From Balamuthia mandrillaris (taxonomy: Eukaryota), in contig JAVKOQ020000030.1 in the NCBI GenBank assembly GCA_031835245.2, forward strand, positions 62,001 to 126,000: 64,000 bases of DNA, given 5' to 3'. The position numbers were made by a program, and so were the translations under genes. The notes below the pieces were generated by a model. That model was not told where the DNA came from. It saw only the letters and a program-made list of their open reading frames with translations, and did no database searches. Positions within the stretch are counted from its first letter, which is position 1. Every line of letters starts with the position of its first letter. Below are positions 24,032 through 35,807 of this stretch, one piece after another.

Positions 24032-24538
24032 ATGGAAGACAACAACACGGCACCTCAACACGCCAAAGAGGAAGCAGAGGAGGTGGCAGCTCAACCGCAA
24101 CAGCAAGTCTATACCCACCAGGTAGACTTGCGCGAAACCATTCGCGCGTCCTCCACCGACGAGGCCGTTGCCCTCTTCCTTCAGGTGGTGTGGAGAGACG
24201 GCGGCGGGATGCCTGGCAAGGTGGTCATCGAGGAGGAAGGCGACCCTTCCACCATGGTCGGCAACCTTCGAAGGGTGGGCGGCGGCGTGCGGGAGCAGAT
24301 CTTGGAAAGGTGCACGGACGAGGTGCTCTACAAAGTGGTCTCCGGGATGATGCCCGTGAAGACCCACTTGGGCCGGGTGCGCTTCACGCAAAGCGAGAGG
24401 GGCGAGGAGGTTCTGGTGGAGTGGCGGTGCAGGTTCACGCCGTACTGGGGGTTGGGGTGGGCGGTGTCCTGGCTCATCTCCACCTCGTTGACGAAGATGC
24501 TGCAGACGCTGCGCGAGAGATCTGTTGTTACCGCTTGA
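24032..24538 (+). CDS. SRPBCC/START-like (polyketide cyclase-type) ligand-binding protein, intronless
   Basis: VGNLRRV...VREQIL...VLYKVVSG.MPVKTHLGRVRF...VEWRCRFTP with a C-terminal helix. Confidence 0.7.
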   Translation: MEDNNTAPQHAKEEAEEVAAQPQQQVYTHQVDLRETIRASSTDEAVALFLQVVWRDGGGMPGKVVIEEEGDPSTMVGNLRRVGGGVREQILERCTDEVLYKVVSGMMPVKTHLGRVRFTQSERGEEVLVEWRCRFTPYWGLGWAVSWLISTSLTKMLQTLRERSVVTA

Positions 24539-24727
24539 CCACAACAACAAACTATAACAAAGTTTCACGGAGCAAAACTGATCCCTTTCGGTCTCCTCTT
24601 CACGGAGGCGTGGGGAGAACGGACGGGATCCTCATGGCCATGATGTACTCGAGGGCCAGCAGCATGGAGCACAGTCAGCGACGGAGACAGCTGTGACAAG
24701 AGAGAGTTCATGAGCATTTGGTTGTCT

Positions 24728-26820
24728 TTAGAGTTTGGCCAACATTCTTTCTGCATCGTTCCAGGGGCAAGGCCCTTGCAAACGATACTGCGCTGCACAA
24801 ATGGGTCCTTTTTTGAGCTGTTCCATCACGCTTCTTTTTGCCTCTTCATTGGAAGAAGAAAGAGATGGAGAAGGGCAACATCCAATGTCTCTGGCCAAGT
24901 CATCCATGTAAGTCCAATAGGAGATAAAGAGCGGATATTTGGGTCTCGTGCTTCTCAACTTGGCTTTTCTTTGCTCTGCATCTTTCCGTCGTTGTGCCTC
25001 TGAAGGGAATGCTGAAGAAGAAGATGAAGGATCAAAGTACGCTTTCAGCAAATGAGCTGCCCATCGAGCTTGCATCTCTCCGACCACAAAAGCGGACCCG
25101 ATGGTATCCAATTGTCCAATGAAGCAGAGAGAAGGATAAAGCGGATGCATTACTCGTTTGTAGACATCCAATCGACCTTCCTCCAAACCAGGAGTCAAGT
25201 CACTAGACGAAGCAGAAGAAGACAAAAATGGAAAGCCCATGCGATAACCAGTGCAGAGAATGATGACGTCCACGTCCTCTTCTCTGCCATCGATGAACCG
25301 CACTGTGTGAGGAGAAGTGATGCTGTTGATGTCTGGAAAGATGCGGACCTTGCCGTCCTCTAAGAATTGGAGGTATTCGTTGTGTCGCTTCAGGATGCTG
25401 TAGGAGTTCTTTTGTACATTTGGGTGAGGCATCGGCATTCCTTTATTAGAAAGGAAGGGAGTTAGTGCTCACTAGACGAGAAAAAAAAAAAAGAAAAAGA
25501 GCGAAGGAAAAAACTAACCATGCCGAATGAAGGTTTGGGTACAGTGACCCGTCCATTGGGCAAAGCGAAGGGCAGCCTCGCTGGCTGGAAGGTGTTGGGT
25601 CTCTCTTGTGAGAAACTGACAGTCCAGTGGATCTCCGTTGTCATCAGCCACATTCAAAATAAGATGGCCACTAGACACCATAAGAAAATAAGGATGAGGG
25701 AAAAAAAAAAAAGAACAAGGAACTAGTTACTGAGCAGCAACGTACCTACGAGCAGAAAGAAGGACGCTTTTGGCGACGCCAACAAGTTCGGTGGAAATAT
25801 CGAGAGCACTGTTACCAATGCCAACCAACAACACACGCTTTCCTCTGTATGCCTCCTCTTTGCGATAATAGTGTGAATGGAGCATTACACCTTTGAACTT
25901 ATCTTGTCCTGTTGTTGAGATAATGTAAGTTAGAGAAAGGAAGAGAGAACAGCGAATAGAGAGCGAGAGCATGAAAAGTTGAATAGAGAAAAAGAAAAGA
26001 GAACAGGCAGAGGAGAGAAGCAGAGAAGAAAGCGAGAGAACGAGAGAACGAGAAGCAGAGAAGAGAGAACCGTACCAACAAAAGACGGGACGTTAGGGTC
26101 CCAAAACATGCCACTACAAACCATAACCGCATCGAACCTCTCCGTTTGAACCGCTTGCGACTGCCCATGTCTGGTGCTAACCATCCATTCTCCCTCCTCC
26201 TTGCCGCCGCTCTTCCTTTCGCTGTTCCTTCGCACCTCCAACACTCGAGTGTCCAGCCGAAGCATTGGCTGAAGGTTGAACGCCTGCACGTAGGCACGAA
26301 GGTACCGCATGATCTGTTCGTGCGTGGGAAAGAAGGGTCTGCTTACGCCTCTCCTTCTGCTTCGTTCCTTCGTTTGCTCCTCCTCTTCTTCTTCTTCCCT
26401 GACAAACGGAAAGTCTGAGAACTGGGTCAACAGAGAGGAGGAATTGGTGACGAGCGACTGGTAGCAGCTGGAATGAACGGTGAAATTGCGGTCAGGGCTG
26501 CTGTTCAGCGTGCTGAGGGCGTAGAGGCCGTCGGCATGGTCCCTGTACAGCCAGACGCCGCCAATGTCCGCCTCCTGCTCAAAGAGAGTGGGCCGAAAGC
26601 CCCTTTCTCCAAAACATTTTGCCGTCGCCAAACTGTGTTTTGTTCGTAAGAAGACGACGAAGAAGAAGACGAAGAAGAAGAACATAGGAAGGGTGGAGGA
26701 AAAAAAAAGAAGAAAGGGTTACCCGATAGGCCCACCGCCGATGACCGCCACGCGCATTCCACCACAAATCTCCACCGCTTCTTTCTTGCAGCTTTTTTGC
26801 TGTTTTTCTTTTCGTACCAT
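24728..26820 (-). CDS. Flavin-containing monooxygenase (FMO), C-terminal AKL
   Basis: RVAVIGGGPIG...FEQEADIGGVW; FKGVMLHSHYYR (FMO fingerprint); VGIGNSALDI; DVIILCTGY; EMQARW. Confidence 0.9.
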
Positions 26821-27361
26821 TTTTTCCAATTAAAGGCGGTGATGACGTCACATATATGCTTATTTGGAATAAATGACGTAAAGAAGGATCCTGTTGAGAA
26901 GAATAATTGTAGAACATGAGGACAATTGTCGACATTTTTGTCGAAATGACCACAAACGGAACACGATCCGTGCTCCTCCGTTCCTTTAAAAATTTTATAT
27001 ACAGCAAAGCAAAGAAAACAACGAAAAAGAGGAGAAGAAAGAAGAGACAGCGACGAAGGAGGAGAAGAAGAAGGAAGAGGAACCACAAATAAAAAGAGAC
27101 CCATTTATTTATTTTATTTTTTTGGAACCTCTATCTTGCGCGAGTCCAGCTCTTGCAGCTTTTCGAAATCTGCGAGAGGACCAAAAAAAAAAAACCAAGC
27201 CAGCAGCAAGGTTCGTTTTTTTGCTCCCTCACCCTCTTTTTTTTTATTCATGCTTTGATTTCCGTTTTTTTTTTGTTCAACCTTCGTTCTCTTCTTATCT
27301 CATCTCTTCTCTTCTCTTTTTTTTAAATCTTTAAAAAAAAACAAAGTAGCAGAAAAACAAA

Positions 27362-28162
27362 ATGGAGAGCGATTCCAGTGGTGGCCATGGCCTGACGCCC
27401 TACGCCCTTCTTGCTACCCTTTACGCACCTCTTTCTTCTCCTCCTCTCTCCTCCTTTGCTTCTTCTTCCTCACAGGCTTCTTCGTCTTCTCCTTCTTTCT
27501 CAGCTCCCACTCCTGCTGCCGCCTCACGACAGCAAATTCAGCTCTCTCCTCCAGCCTTTACTGTCCCTCCCTTTGTTCCTTTCTCCCCTCCCTCCTCTCC
27601 AACTCTCTCTGCTCGCTCTCGCTCTCGTCCTCGCTCTCGCTCTCCCTCTCGTTCAGCTTCTTCTTCTTCGTCCTCTTCTGTTGCTCCACAACAAGCAAAT
27701 CGAGGAGGACAGTCGACCACAACACCAACTGGAACTGTCTACAAACAAGCTCAATACACGACAACCGCTGCTTCAGCAAGACAACAGCAGCAACTGCAGC
27801 GTTCTCAACAACGCAACAGTTATAACAAACAACTTCAGCAAGAAAGAGAGCGAGAAAGGGAGAGAGAAAGAAAAATCGAGGAACGAAGTTCCGTGGAAGT
27901 GATAGTCGATGAGCTTTTGGAAGAGCTGTTGGGTCCTGCTGCCCTTGGTTCGTCATCCTCTTCGTCTTCTTCGCGAAACAAGAGCAAGGCGACAACAACC
28001 ACGATGAATAACGGTAACACTGATAAGAGCGTTGCAAATAATGGAAACGGCAGAGTGTCGAGCCAGTTGGTAGATCCGCCTGTGCGGCGACGAAGGCTTT
28101 CGATGAATTCGTCTACCGTTAGTGGCCTCTTCTGTCTTTCCTTGTTTCTTCTTTTATTAACT

Positions 28163-28193
<31 letters not shown>

Positions 28194-30759
28194 TTATGCA
28201 GGGGTCAGGAGGATGGCTATTTGTGAGCAAACACCCCATGCTCCGATTCTATCAGAAATGGGTTGTAATGCGCAACTCGCGTCTTTACTGCTACGACTCG
28301 GAACACCGGGGCAGCAACAATAACAACAACCAACGGAGAGAAAAACCAAAGATCTCTCCAGCAGGCAAAGTGCCGTTAACTACTGCTCTTATGCTATCCA
28401 AAGACTCCTATTCGACGACAGGAAAGAGACATTCTTTCACTATTTTATGCGGATTTCAACGGAAGAAGGTTTCTTCTGCTTCATCTTCGTTACGACAGAA
28501 ACAACTGAGAAAGCCAGTTGGAAATGAAAATAGCAGCAACGACGACGCAAAAGAGAAAGAAGAAAAGGGAAAGGAAAAATGCAACGATGAAAACGAGAGA
28601 AAAGAAAACGGAGAAGACAAACAATATAACCAAGAATGGCACTTTGTCATTTATCACTTTGCCACCAAATCAGCCAAAGAACTGAGCGAATGGGTGGAGG
28701 CCGTTGAGACCTGTTGTCAACAACATTGGCAACAACCGCCTCAACAACATCAACAAGAGGAGAGACAGTGGTTGATTCAAAAGATGCTTTCGCTGAAGGA
28801 GGAGTGGAAACGGAGTGGACAGACGTTTGTTTTGGAGGAGACCATGTCCCCTGCGACGAGAGCTCGTCGTTCCTCTTCTGCTGCTGGTTTTTCTGTTACT
28901 GCTTCTTCTTCCTCCGAACAAAACCAACCCAAAACGCTCGAAACACCGAGCACACAAGAAGCCAATTCTAAAGATGAGCAAAAATCGGAGAACGGAAACA
29001 ATTCAACGAGCAAAACAAGTGGAAGCAACATCGAAAAAGAGCCAATACAACAGAAAAAAGACCAACCCCAGAAAAAAGACGCTCGTGGAAGTATACCGAC
29101 AAAGGAGGTCATAACCCCTAAATTGAACGACTCTTCTTCCTCGTCGAAGCAAGTTGCATTGCGTTCATCGCAAAAGAACGAAAAAGAAAAAGAAAAAGGA
29201 GGAGACAGTTTTTCTGGATTGGTGGCCATGATAAATTCTGCCTTCATGAGCGATGAACAGGTCTCTTCTTGCTCCTTTTCCCTGCGTTGGCCTTTCTCCC
29301 TTCTTCGTTCTTACTCTTTCATCTTTATTATGCTTTCTCTTTCTCGTTATTCAAATTCACTTCGTTTTAGGCATATAAGAGCCACGATCAGGAATGGATG
29401 CGACAATTCGCGGCTGTAACGGAAGCAGAAACACATATCGCTTTGTTGACCGTTCATCTCAGCCGAGTATTCAAGTTAGATTCCGCTTATGCCTAACCTC
29501 AACATTTCTTCTATCTAATCTATTTTATCTTCTCTTATGTTTCACCCTATTCACGTTAAAAGGTTGAAGAAGCACCCATTAGGCAAATTTATGGTGCAAT
29601 ATGTGGCTCAGTTTAACGACAACAAGCAGAGCTACTACAAAACAGATCTTGGCACCAGCATCACTCAACTGGTCACCGAAGTTAATTCTTTTCTCGGTAC
29701 TTGTTCTTCTTTGCTTTGCTTCGTTTCATTTGAAATACTCATAAACACTTTGAAATAGAAAATATGGTGTTGACTATATATCAATATTTTGGAGCGATTC
29801 GACAATTGATGGATGAGAGTGACTATATCTACTATTGCAACGTCATTTGTGAGGAGTGTCTCTTTCATCAGATTTATCCCGTTCTGTTTGGTCTATACAT
29901 TAAACATGTACAGAGCTCTCTCTCTCTCTCTCTCTCTCTCTGTTCTCTCCGTCTGTTTCTCTGTTTAATTTATGTTTTACTGACGCCATTCACTTTAATG
30001 AATACAGCATGCAGACAAAGACAGAGAGTATGTTATGAAAGTTACAGAGTTATCCGATGTAAAGCCCAAAGACTTGATCGAGAATTCTTTGTTTTGGTTG
30101 GAGCATCCTCCAACCGATTCTTCTTCTGCTTCTTCTCCATTATCCTCTTATTCCGTTAAAGAACCTTATGCTCCAGCCATCAGGTAAACGTACTTCTCCT
30201 TGTTCTTTGTTCTTCTTGCTGCTTCGTGTTCGTGTTCTTGTGCTTGTTCTTCTTATTTTCTAACATTAAAAACAAATAGGATGTTGAAGACGTTACCAAG
30301 TAGAGAAACGCCAACGGCCAAACTGGAATGTTTGGTGGAGGTTACTCGTCTCATTTGCCAGAGCGTCACTGACTTTTGGAGTGCCACATCTCAACCCAAA
30401 AGTGTCACTGTGTATGTTTCTCTCTTTCTCCTCTTGTTCATTCTTCTCTAACTCCATTTTTTTTAAGTTCTGGGGACGATCTGCTTCCTCTATTAAGTTA
30501 TGTCATCATCAAGGCTCGACTTCGGGACCTTCACTCCCAAATCTGTTTCCTGCAGGACTTCATGAACGATGAGCAAACGTTGAAAATGGAGGGCTACTCT
30601 TTTGCAACCTTCCAAGCCGCCTCTGCTGCTTTGTCCTGTTTTCAAGTGGATCCTCATTCGGGAGGTATTGTCGTTCGTTCTTCTTCTTTCTCTTCCGCTT
30701 CGCCTTCTTCTTCCTTTGCCTCAACGGATGAGTTTGTAAAGGAAGAAAGTGAACTTTAA
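27362..30759 (+). CDS. PH + VPS9 domain protein (Rab5-type GEF)
   Basis: GWLFVSK...QKWVVMRNSRLYCY...EWVEAV (PH); TPTAKLECL, SGDDLLPLLSYVIIKA, EGYSFATFQAA (VPS9). Confidence 0.85.
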
Positions 30760-30869
30760 CAATGGTATGTTCAGTTTTGAAAAGGTGTGTGTGTTTTTTG
30801 TACATAACTTCATCAAAGAAGGAGAGAAGCAAGCAAGAGAGACAGACAGATATTCACAACGGAAACTGT

Positions 30870-33355
30870 TTAACCCAACATGCGGTGAAGCAGGCCACCT
30901 TTTGCGTCGCTGCTGTGAAAAGCAGGTAATATGGTATAGTAGAGAGGATGTATGCTGCTGTCTTTGTTTCTGTCGTTGCAATCTACGCGCCATTCATACT
31001 TCCACCTTTTTGTTTTGTTGTTGTAAAAGTTCAATATGAGGTGAGGGAAGAGTGGAGAGAGAGAAGAGAGAATGAGGCAAAAGGAAGGCGTGAAGAAAAA
31101 CGAACCGAAGAACTCTCCATGGCAAATCCACTCTTGCAATCTCTTTCAGGTCGGTATTAAAGTACTTAAACTGAACTCTCATTCCAAAAAAGTTGAACTT
31201 CTTTGCAAGCACTTTCTCCATTCCGTTTCGGTCACGGAAGATAAAAGTAGTATAAAAGCGATCCAAAAAGCGGAGAGCAGAAAGAAAAGAAGTTTCCTGT
31301 CTCAACTCTCCCAAAATGTTGTCTTTGCTGTCGGTAAAAGTGATCACCTCGGAGCAGGAAGCAGAAGTGGAAGAGGATTGTTGTCGTTCGTTCTCGTCAT
31401 AGTACGTCCGATGAGCTTTTAGCAAAAGGTTACCATCTGGATTGGAATATCTGTAAAGAAAAATAGAAGTAAGAAGGGTGTAGTAGAAGAACAAGACGAA
31501 CAAGAAGATCAACCACAACCACAACCACAACCACAACCACAACCACAACCACAACCACAACCACAACCACAACCACAACCACAACCACAACCACAACCAC
31601 AACCACAACCACAACCACAACCACAACCACAACCACAACCACAACCACAACCACAACCACAACCACAACCACAACCACAACCACAACCACAACCACAACC
31701 ACAACCACAACCACAACCACAACCACAACCACAACCACAAGAAGAAGAAGAAGAAGAACAAGAAGAAGAACAAGAAGAAGAACAAGAAGAACAAGAAGAA
31801 GGGCAAGAACAAGAACAGGAACAAGCACGAGCACAAGAACAAGAACAAGATCGAAGAACGAAGAACGAAGAACCAGAAAAACAAAAAGCCAATACTAAAC
31901 TAAAAAGATAAAACAGCCAACAGAAAAACAAAGATAACAAACCTCAAAACATTAGTCGCAGATTCCATAAGGCGTCCATGATACCCGTCCTCTCCAATAA
32001 CATCAAAGGAATGCCCATCCGTTATATTACCCGCTCCAAACCTCACACGCACCGCCACAGGCACCTCTGACAGAAGAAAGAATGAAGGAAAGGTCTCCTC
32101 TTCCAAGCTTTCCGCATGAGGAGTCCACCCTTTTGCTTTGTTCTCTCTTTCTCTCTCTTCTTCGCGCCTCCTCGCTTGTTGTTGTTGTAATAGCATTTGT
32201 CCCCACCGAAACATCTCGCGAAGGAATGCAGCGGGTCCGCTACCACTCGTGATGCCAGCGCCTGGTCCTCCAACGTTGCCGTGTACTTCTTTGGCAACGC
32301 GCGTTGCGTTTAAGGTTGCTTCAAAGAATTTAGACAACATTTGAAGAAGAGGATGGGAAGAGTAGTTGAGGTCTGATTGCTGGTCAGAGGAGAAGGGAGA
32401 GCGGCGACGTGAACGCCAGACAGTTTGAGTGGACTTGTGGTAGACGCGGCCAAACGGAGTGTCGTAAACTTCCCATCCGTTTGTGCCTTCTATTTTGCCC
32501 CTGTATGTTCCCTTTTTCGACAAACAGTTAGTTACAATCTTACTTCTGGCTGCTTGCTTTCTTCTTTCATTTTCTTCTTTTACTATGCGCATTCCTTTTT
32601 TTTTTTCCACACAAATGCGAAAAAAGTGAAGAAGAAACGATACCTGTTGTCTGGCTCTCCGTGTGATGTTCTCCATTTCCTTTTCCAACTCTCTGAAAAT
32701 AAAACTGTAATTTTGGCTGTACCACCGGAAAAAGTCGTCCACCTCTTGGTCTCTTTGTTGCTCTCTTTCTCGTTCTTCTCTTTCTCTTTCTCTCTGTTGC
32801 CGTTGTTGATATTGTTGGTATCTTTGATATTGCTGTCGTTGTCTTTGATAGTCACTATAATCCCAACTGGGTGATTGGTCCTCGTATTCATAGTAGTAGA
32901 ACGGGCCATAAGAGGAAGAACGTTGTGAGGAGGAAGAAGAGGGAGGAGAATAGGAGGTTCTTGTTCTGCCTTCACGAATTTCGTTGTAGGTTCGTCGTTT
33001 GGATTCATCTCGCAGAATCTTGTGAGAGATTGCGCGAGAAGAGAGAGAGAGAGAGAGAGAGAAGAGCGTGTACATGTGAGCAGAGAGGAAGAAGGAAGCA
33101 ACGCGAACGAAAGTAGGAGAAAATACCTCATAAGCATTAGTAACTTCCACGAATTTCTTTTGAGCAGAAGGATCGCCCTTGTTAAGATCAGGATGATACT
33201 GTTTCGCTTTCTGTCGACAGACAAGCACGCGTTAGAGAACGAAAAAATAGATGAAAGACGAGAGAAGGGACTAGGCATGAAAAGCAAAGGCCACAGCAAG
33301 CGGTGAGCACGGAAGAGAGAAGAGAGAAGAGAAGAGAAGCATAGAAGCAGAGACC

Positions 33356-33390
<35 letters not shown>

Positions 33391-33931
33391 CAAAGAGGAG
33401 AAAACAGAGAGTCAGGAAGAGAAGAGTTAAACAAACCTGATAAAAGGCGCTTTTTATTTCTTGTTGGGTGGCATTTTTGCGAACGCCAAGTATGCCATAG
33501 AGGTCTTTGGAGTACCAGTCCGTCGCTGCCATCAACCGAGAACAAAAAAAAAGTCGTCAACACACACCCACACAAAAAGCAAGAGAACACAAAGCTGTAT
33601 ACAAACCATAACCGCGAGCGCTAAAAAGGGTGGCGGTGTAAGGGGCAATCCCAACGAAGGAAGAAGAAGAGAGGAAGGAGGAAGGCGCAGATACCAGCGA
33701 TGGCAGCGCAAACGAACACCGTGCGAGGTTGTGGTGGTTGACGCTGCGACCCTCGCCTTTGCGGCCAAGAAGGAGATGAACTTTACGAGCAGAAGCAGTC
33801 GTTTTGGGCTGGAACGGGTGCCACCACCACCGCTGCTGCTGCTGCACCAACAACGAGCTTCTAAACAGTAAGAAACAACAACAAAAAATGATTAAGTCTC
33901 TCGGCCCGTAGCAGAGAAAGGATGGCATCAT
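30870..33931 (-). CDS. J-domain (DnaJ) protein with an Arg-rich N-terminal extension and a beta-rich C-terminal domain
   Basis: DLYGILGVRKNATQQEIKSAFYQ|KAKQYHPDLNKGDPSAQKKFVEVTNAYE|ILRDESKRRTY with the HPD motif intact. Start codon uncertain. Confidence 0.75.
31510..31740. repeat. (CAACCA)n hexamer microsatellite, intronic
   Basis: About 38 perfect copies within a DnaJ intron. Confidence 0.95.
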
Positions 33932-34217
33932 GCTTTGAGAAAGGAGGAGGGGAGGAGGAGGGGAGGAGGAAGGAGGGAGGAGGGTACTTGCCTTCTTCCC
34001 CACATTTGTTCGCTGCTTATTTTTCAATGGTGTTACCTTATTTTCATGACGACACGAACGTTTCAAAGAATGCAAGGAATGTGTAAGGGTGTCGACGTTA
34101 TTATAATTTGTCGACGACAATTTTTTTTTTGTTTCTTCGCAGCCATGCTTCGTTGAGGAGCAATGCCATGGCCACTCCTTCCCTGCTTCTTCTTCTTAAC
34201 TTTTTTGTTTTATTATT

Positions 34218-35627
34218 TCACAGCTTTGCGGGAAGTTGGTGCTGAGCGCCTGCACCTACAGCCCGCAAATGATGCCCCATCGGCAAGCACTCCTTGTCGA
34301 TGGCCTTTGGCTTCTTCTTGCCATTGCCTCCATTCAGGCGAAACACCTCCTCCTCGTACATTCCGCTCTCGTCCCACTTCCTCAGCGCCACCAACGCAGC
34401 CAGCCTCCCGATCTCGTCGGCGCTCTTGGCGGCCGCTCCGTTGCCGCCCACAGCAGCAACGATGCCCTCACTCACCTCTTGAATGATGGGCAGCCCCGAG
34501 GAGGTGTACGTCAGCGCGCAGTTGGCAGTGATGAAGGTTCCAGGCAGGAGGAACGGGTACAGCGAGCAAACGGTTTGCCACAGGCGTTGTGCTTCTGCAG
34601 CACCTGCAGTTCCTTCTTGGTGTTGCTTCTGCTTGAACCATTCTTTCTTGTCGGAAGGAGTGAGAAGAGGATGCGCAAAGTCGCCAGTGCCGATCTTGAG
34701 GTACCATCTGCCATCCGGATAAAGAACCGGTGGCAACAAGTAAACATCATAGAGGCTCGTTGCGTCCTCGGTTCCTACGCTTCCTTTGCTTCTAATGGCT
34801 TGAATGATGCTTGGCAGTCGGTTCAAGCCTGGGAGAGTATTGTTGCGTACGTGGTCAGTGACGTCTGCCAGAAGGACGGTCCGTCCTTGGACATGAAGCT
34901 TCATGTCCACGCCATCCAACAAAGCGGGTTCTGTGAAAGCTCCTGTCGCCACGATCACAGTTCGAGCATGGATGCATTGCCCAGAAGTTAACATCACTTG
35001 CCGTAACCCACGTTTGTTACTGTTCGCTTGTTGTTGTTCATGTTGAGCAACACGTTCAACGGAGGAAGGAATATGAACCACTCCTCTTTTCATAGCTGCT
35101 TTCAGCTGACACCGTACAAACGCTCTTGGGCTGATGTGTCCCGCTTGCTCGCTCTGAAAGAGTCCTACGCAGTCGACCGGAAGGTTCATGCAGGGAAACC
35201 TCTCCATCAGCTCCTCTCTGCCCAACCGTTGATACTCCACGGCAAACTCCTTGGCCGTTCTCTCCACCTGTTGGCAGTAGGGTTCGCTCTCCTGTGTGAG
35301 ACAGAGGAAGCCCGAGCCGGTGTAGAAGGGAAGACCGCCCTCTTGCTCAATGGCAGCGTAGCGACGGATGCTCTCGCGGGCCAGTCGGAGCCAAACGGGG
35401 TGAGCGTCGAGCTCGCGAGTGATGCGGCCTTCGTCGTAATGGCTGGCAAAAGGGCCGTCGTGGGAGAAAGCGTCTTTGGGGTCCGGTTCGTCGGGTCCGA
35501 TGATGGCGATGCGGTTGGGTCTATCGGTCGCATCGGAGAGGAGGTGAGAGAGGTGTCTCGCTGCGGAACTGCCTATCATGCCGGCTCCTACGATGACAAA
35601 GTCGAAGACTCTTCGTGGCTCCGCCAT
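34218..35627 (-). CDS. FAD-dependent oxidoreductase, sarcosine oxidase-like, intronless, C-terminal AKL
   Basis: VIVGAGMIGSSAARHL, SHYDEGRITR, AGHISPR, VIVATGAFT, LLPPVLYPDGRWYLKIG, GGNGAAAKSADEIG, ...PAKL*. Confidence 0.9.
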   Translation of the reverse strand: MAEPRRVFDFVIVGAGMIGSSAARHLSHLLSDATDRPNRIAIIGPDEPDPKDAFSHDGPFASHYDEGRITRELDAHPVWLRLARESIRRYAAIEQEGGLPFYTGSGFLCLTQESEPYCQQVERTAKEFAVEYQRLGREELMERFPCMNLPVDCVGLFQSEQAGHISPRAFVRCQLKAAMKRGVVHIPSSVERVAQHEQQQANSNKRGLRQVMLTSGQCIHARTVIVATGAFTEPALLDGVDMKLHVQGRTVLLADVTDHVRNNTLPGLNRLPSIIQAIRSKGSVGTEDATSLYDVYLLPPVLYPDGRWYLKIGTGDFAHPLLTPSDKKEWFKQKQHQEGTAGAAEAQRLWQTVCSLYPFLLPGTFITANCALTYTSSGLPIIQEVSEGIVAAVGGNGAAAKSADEIGRLAALVALRKWDESGMYEEEVFRLNGGNGKKKPKAIDKECLPMGHHLRAVGAGAQHQLPAKL

Positions 35628-35807
35628 GCCTGACAAAACGAGTTCTTGTTGAAAAGAGCTTTTCAAAGCACCAATCAAAAATCAAAATAAACTGTCGACA
35701 TTATCACTTACCCACGTCGTCCCGAAATAAAGTTGGTTGTTTCTCTCTCCTGTCCTCTCTCATGTCTTTTGAAATTGTTCGGTGTGTAAAGTTTTATGTG
35801 TTGACGG

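Noticed and set aside
31430..31940. Poly-Val, poly-WL and poly-CG ORFs; telomere-like or CRISPR-like array
   Set aside because: These are translations of an intronic (CAACCA)n microsatellite; there are no spacers and it is internal to a gene.
34236..35633. Plus-strand ORFs of 251 and 201 aa
   Set aside because: They lie antisense to the FAD oxidoreductase and show no recognisable motifs.
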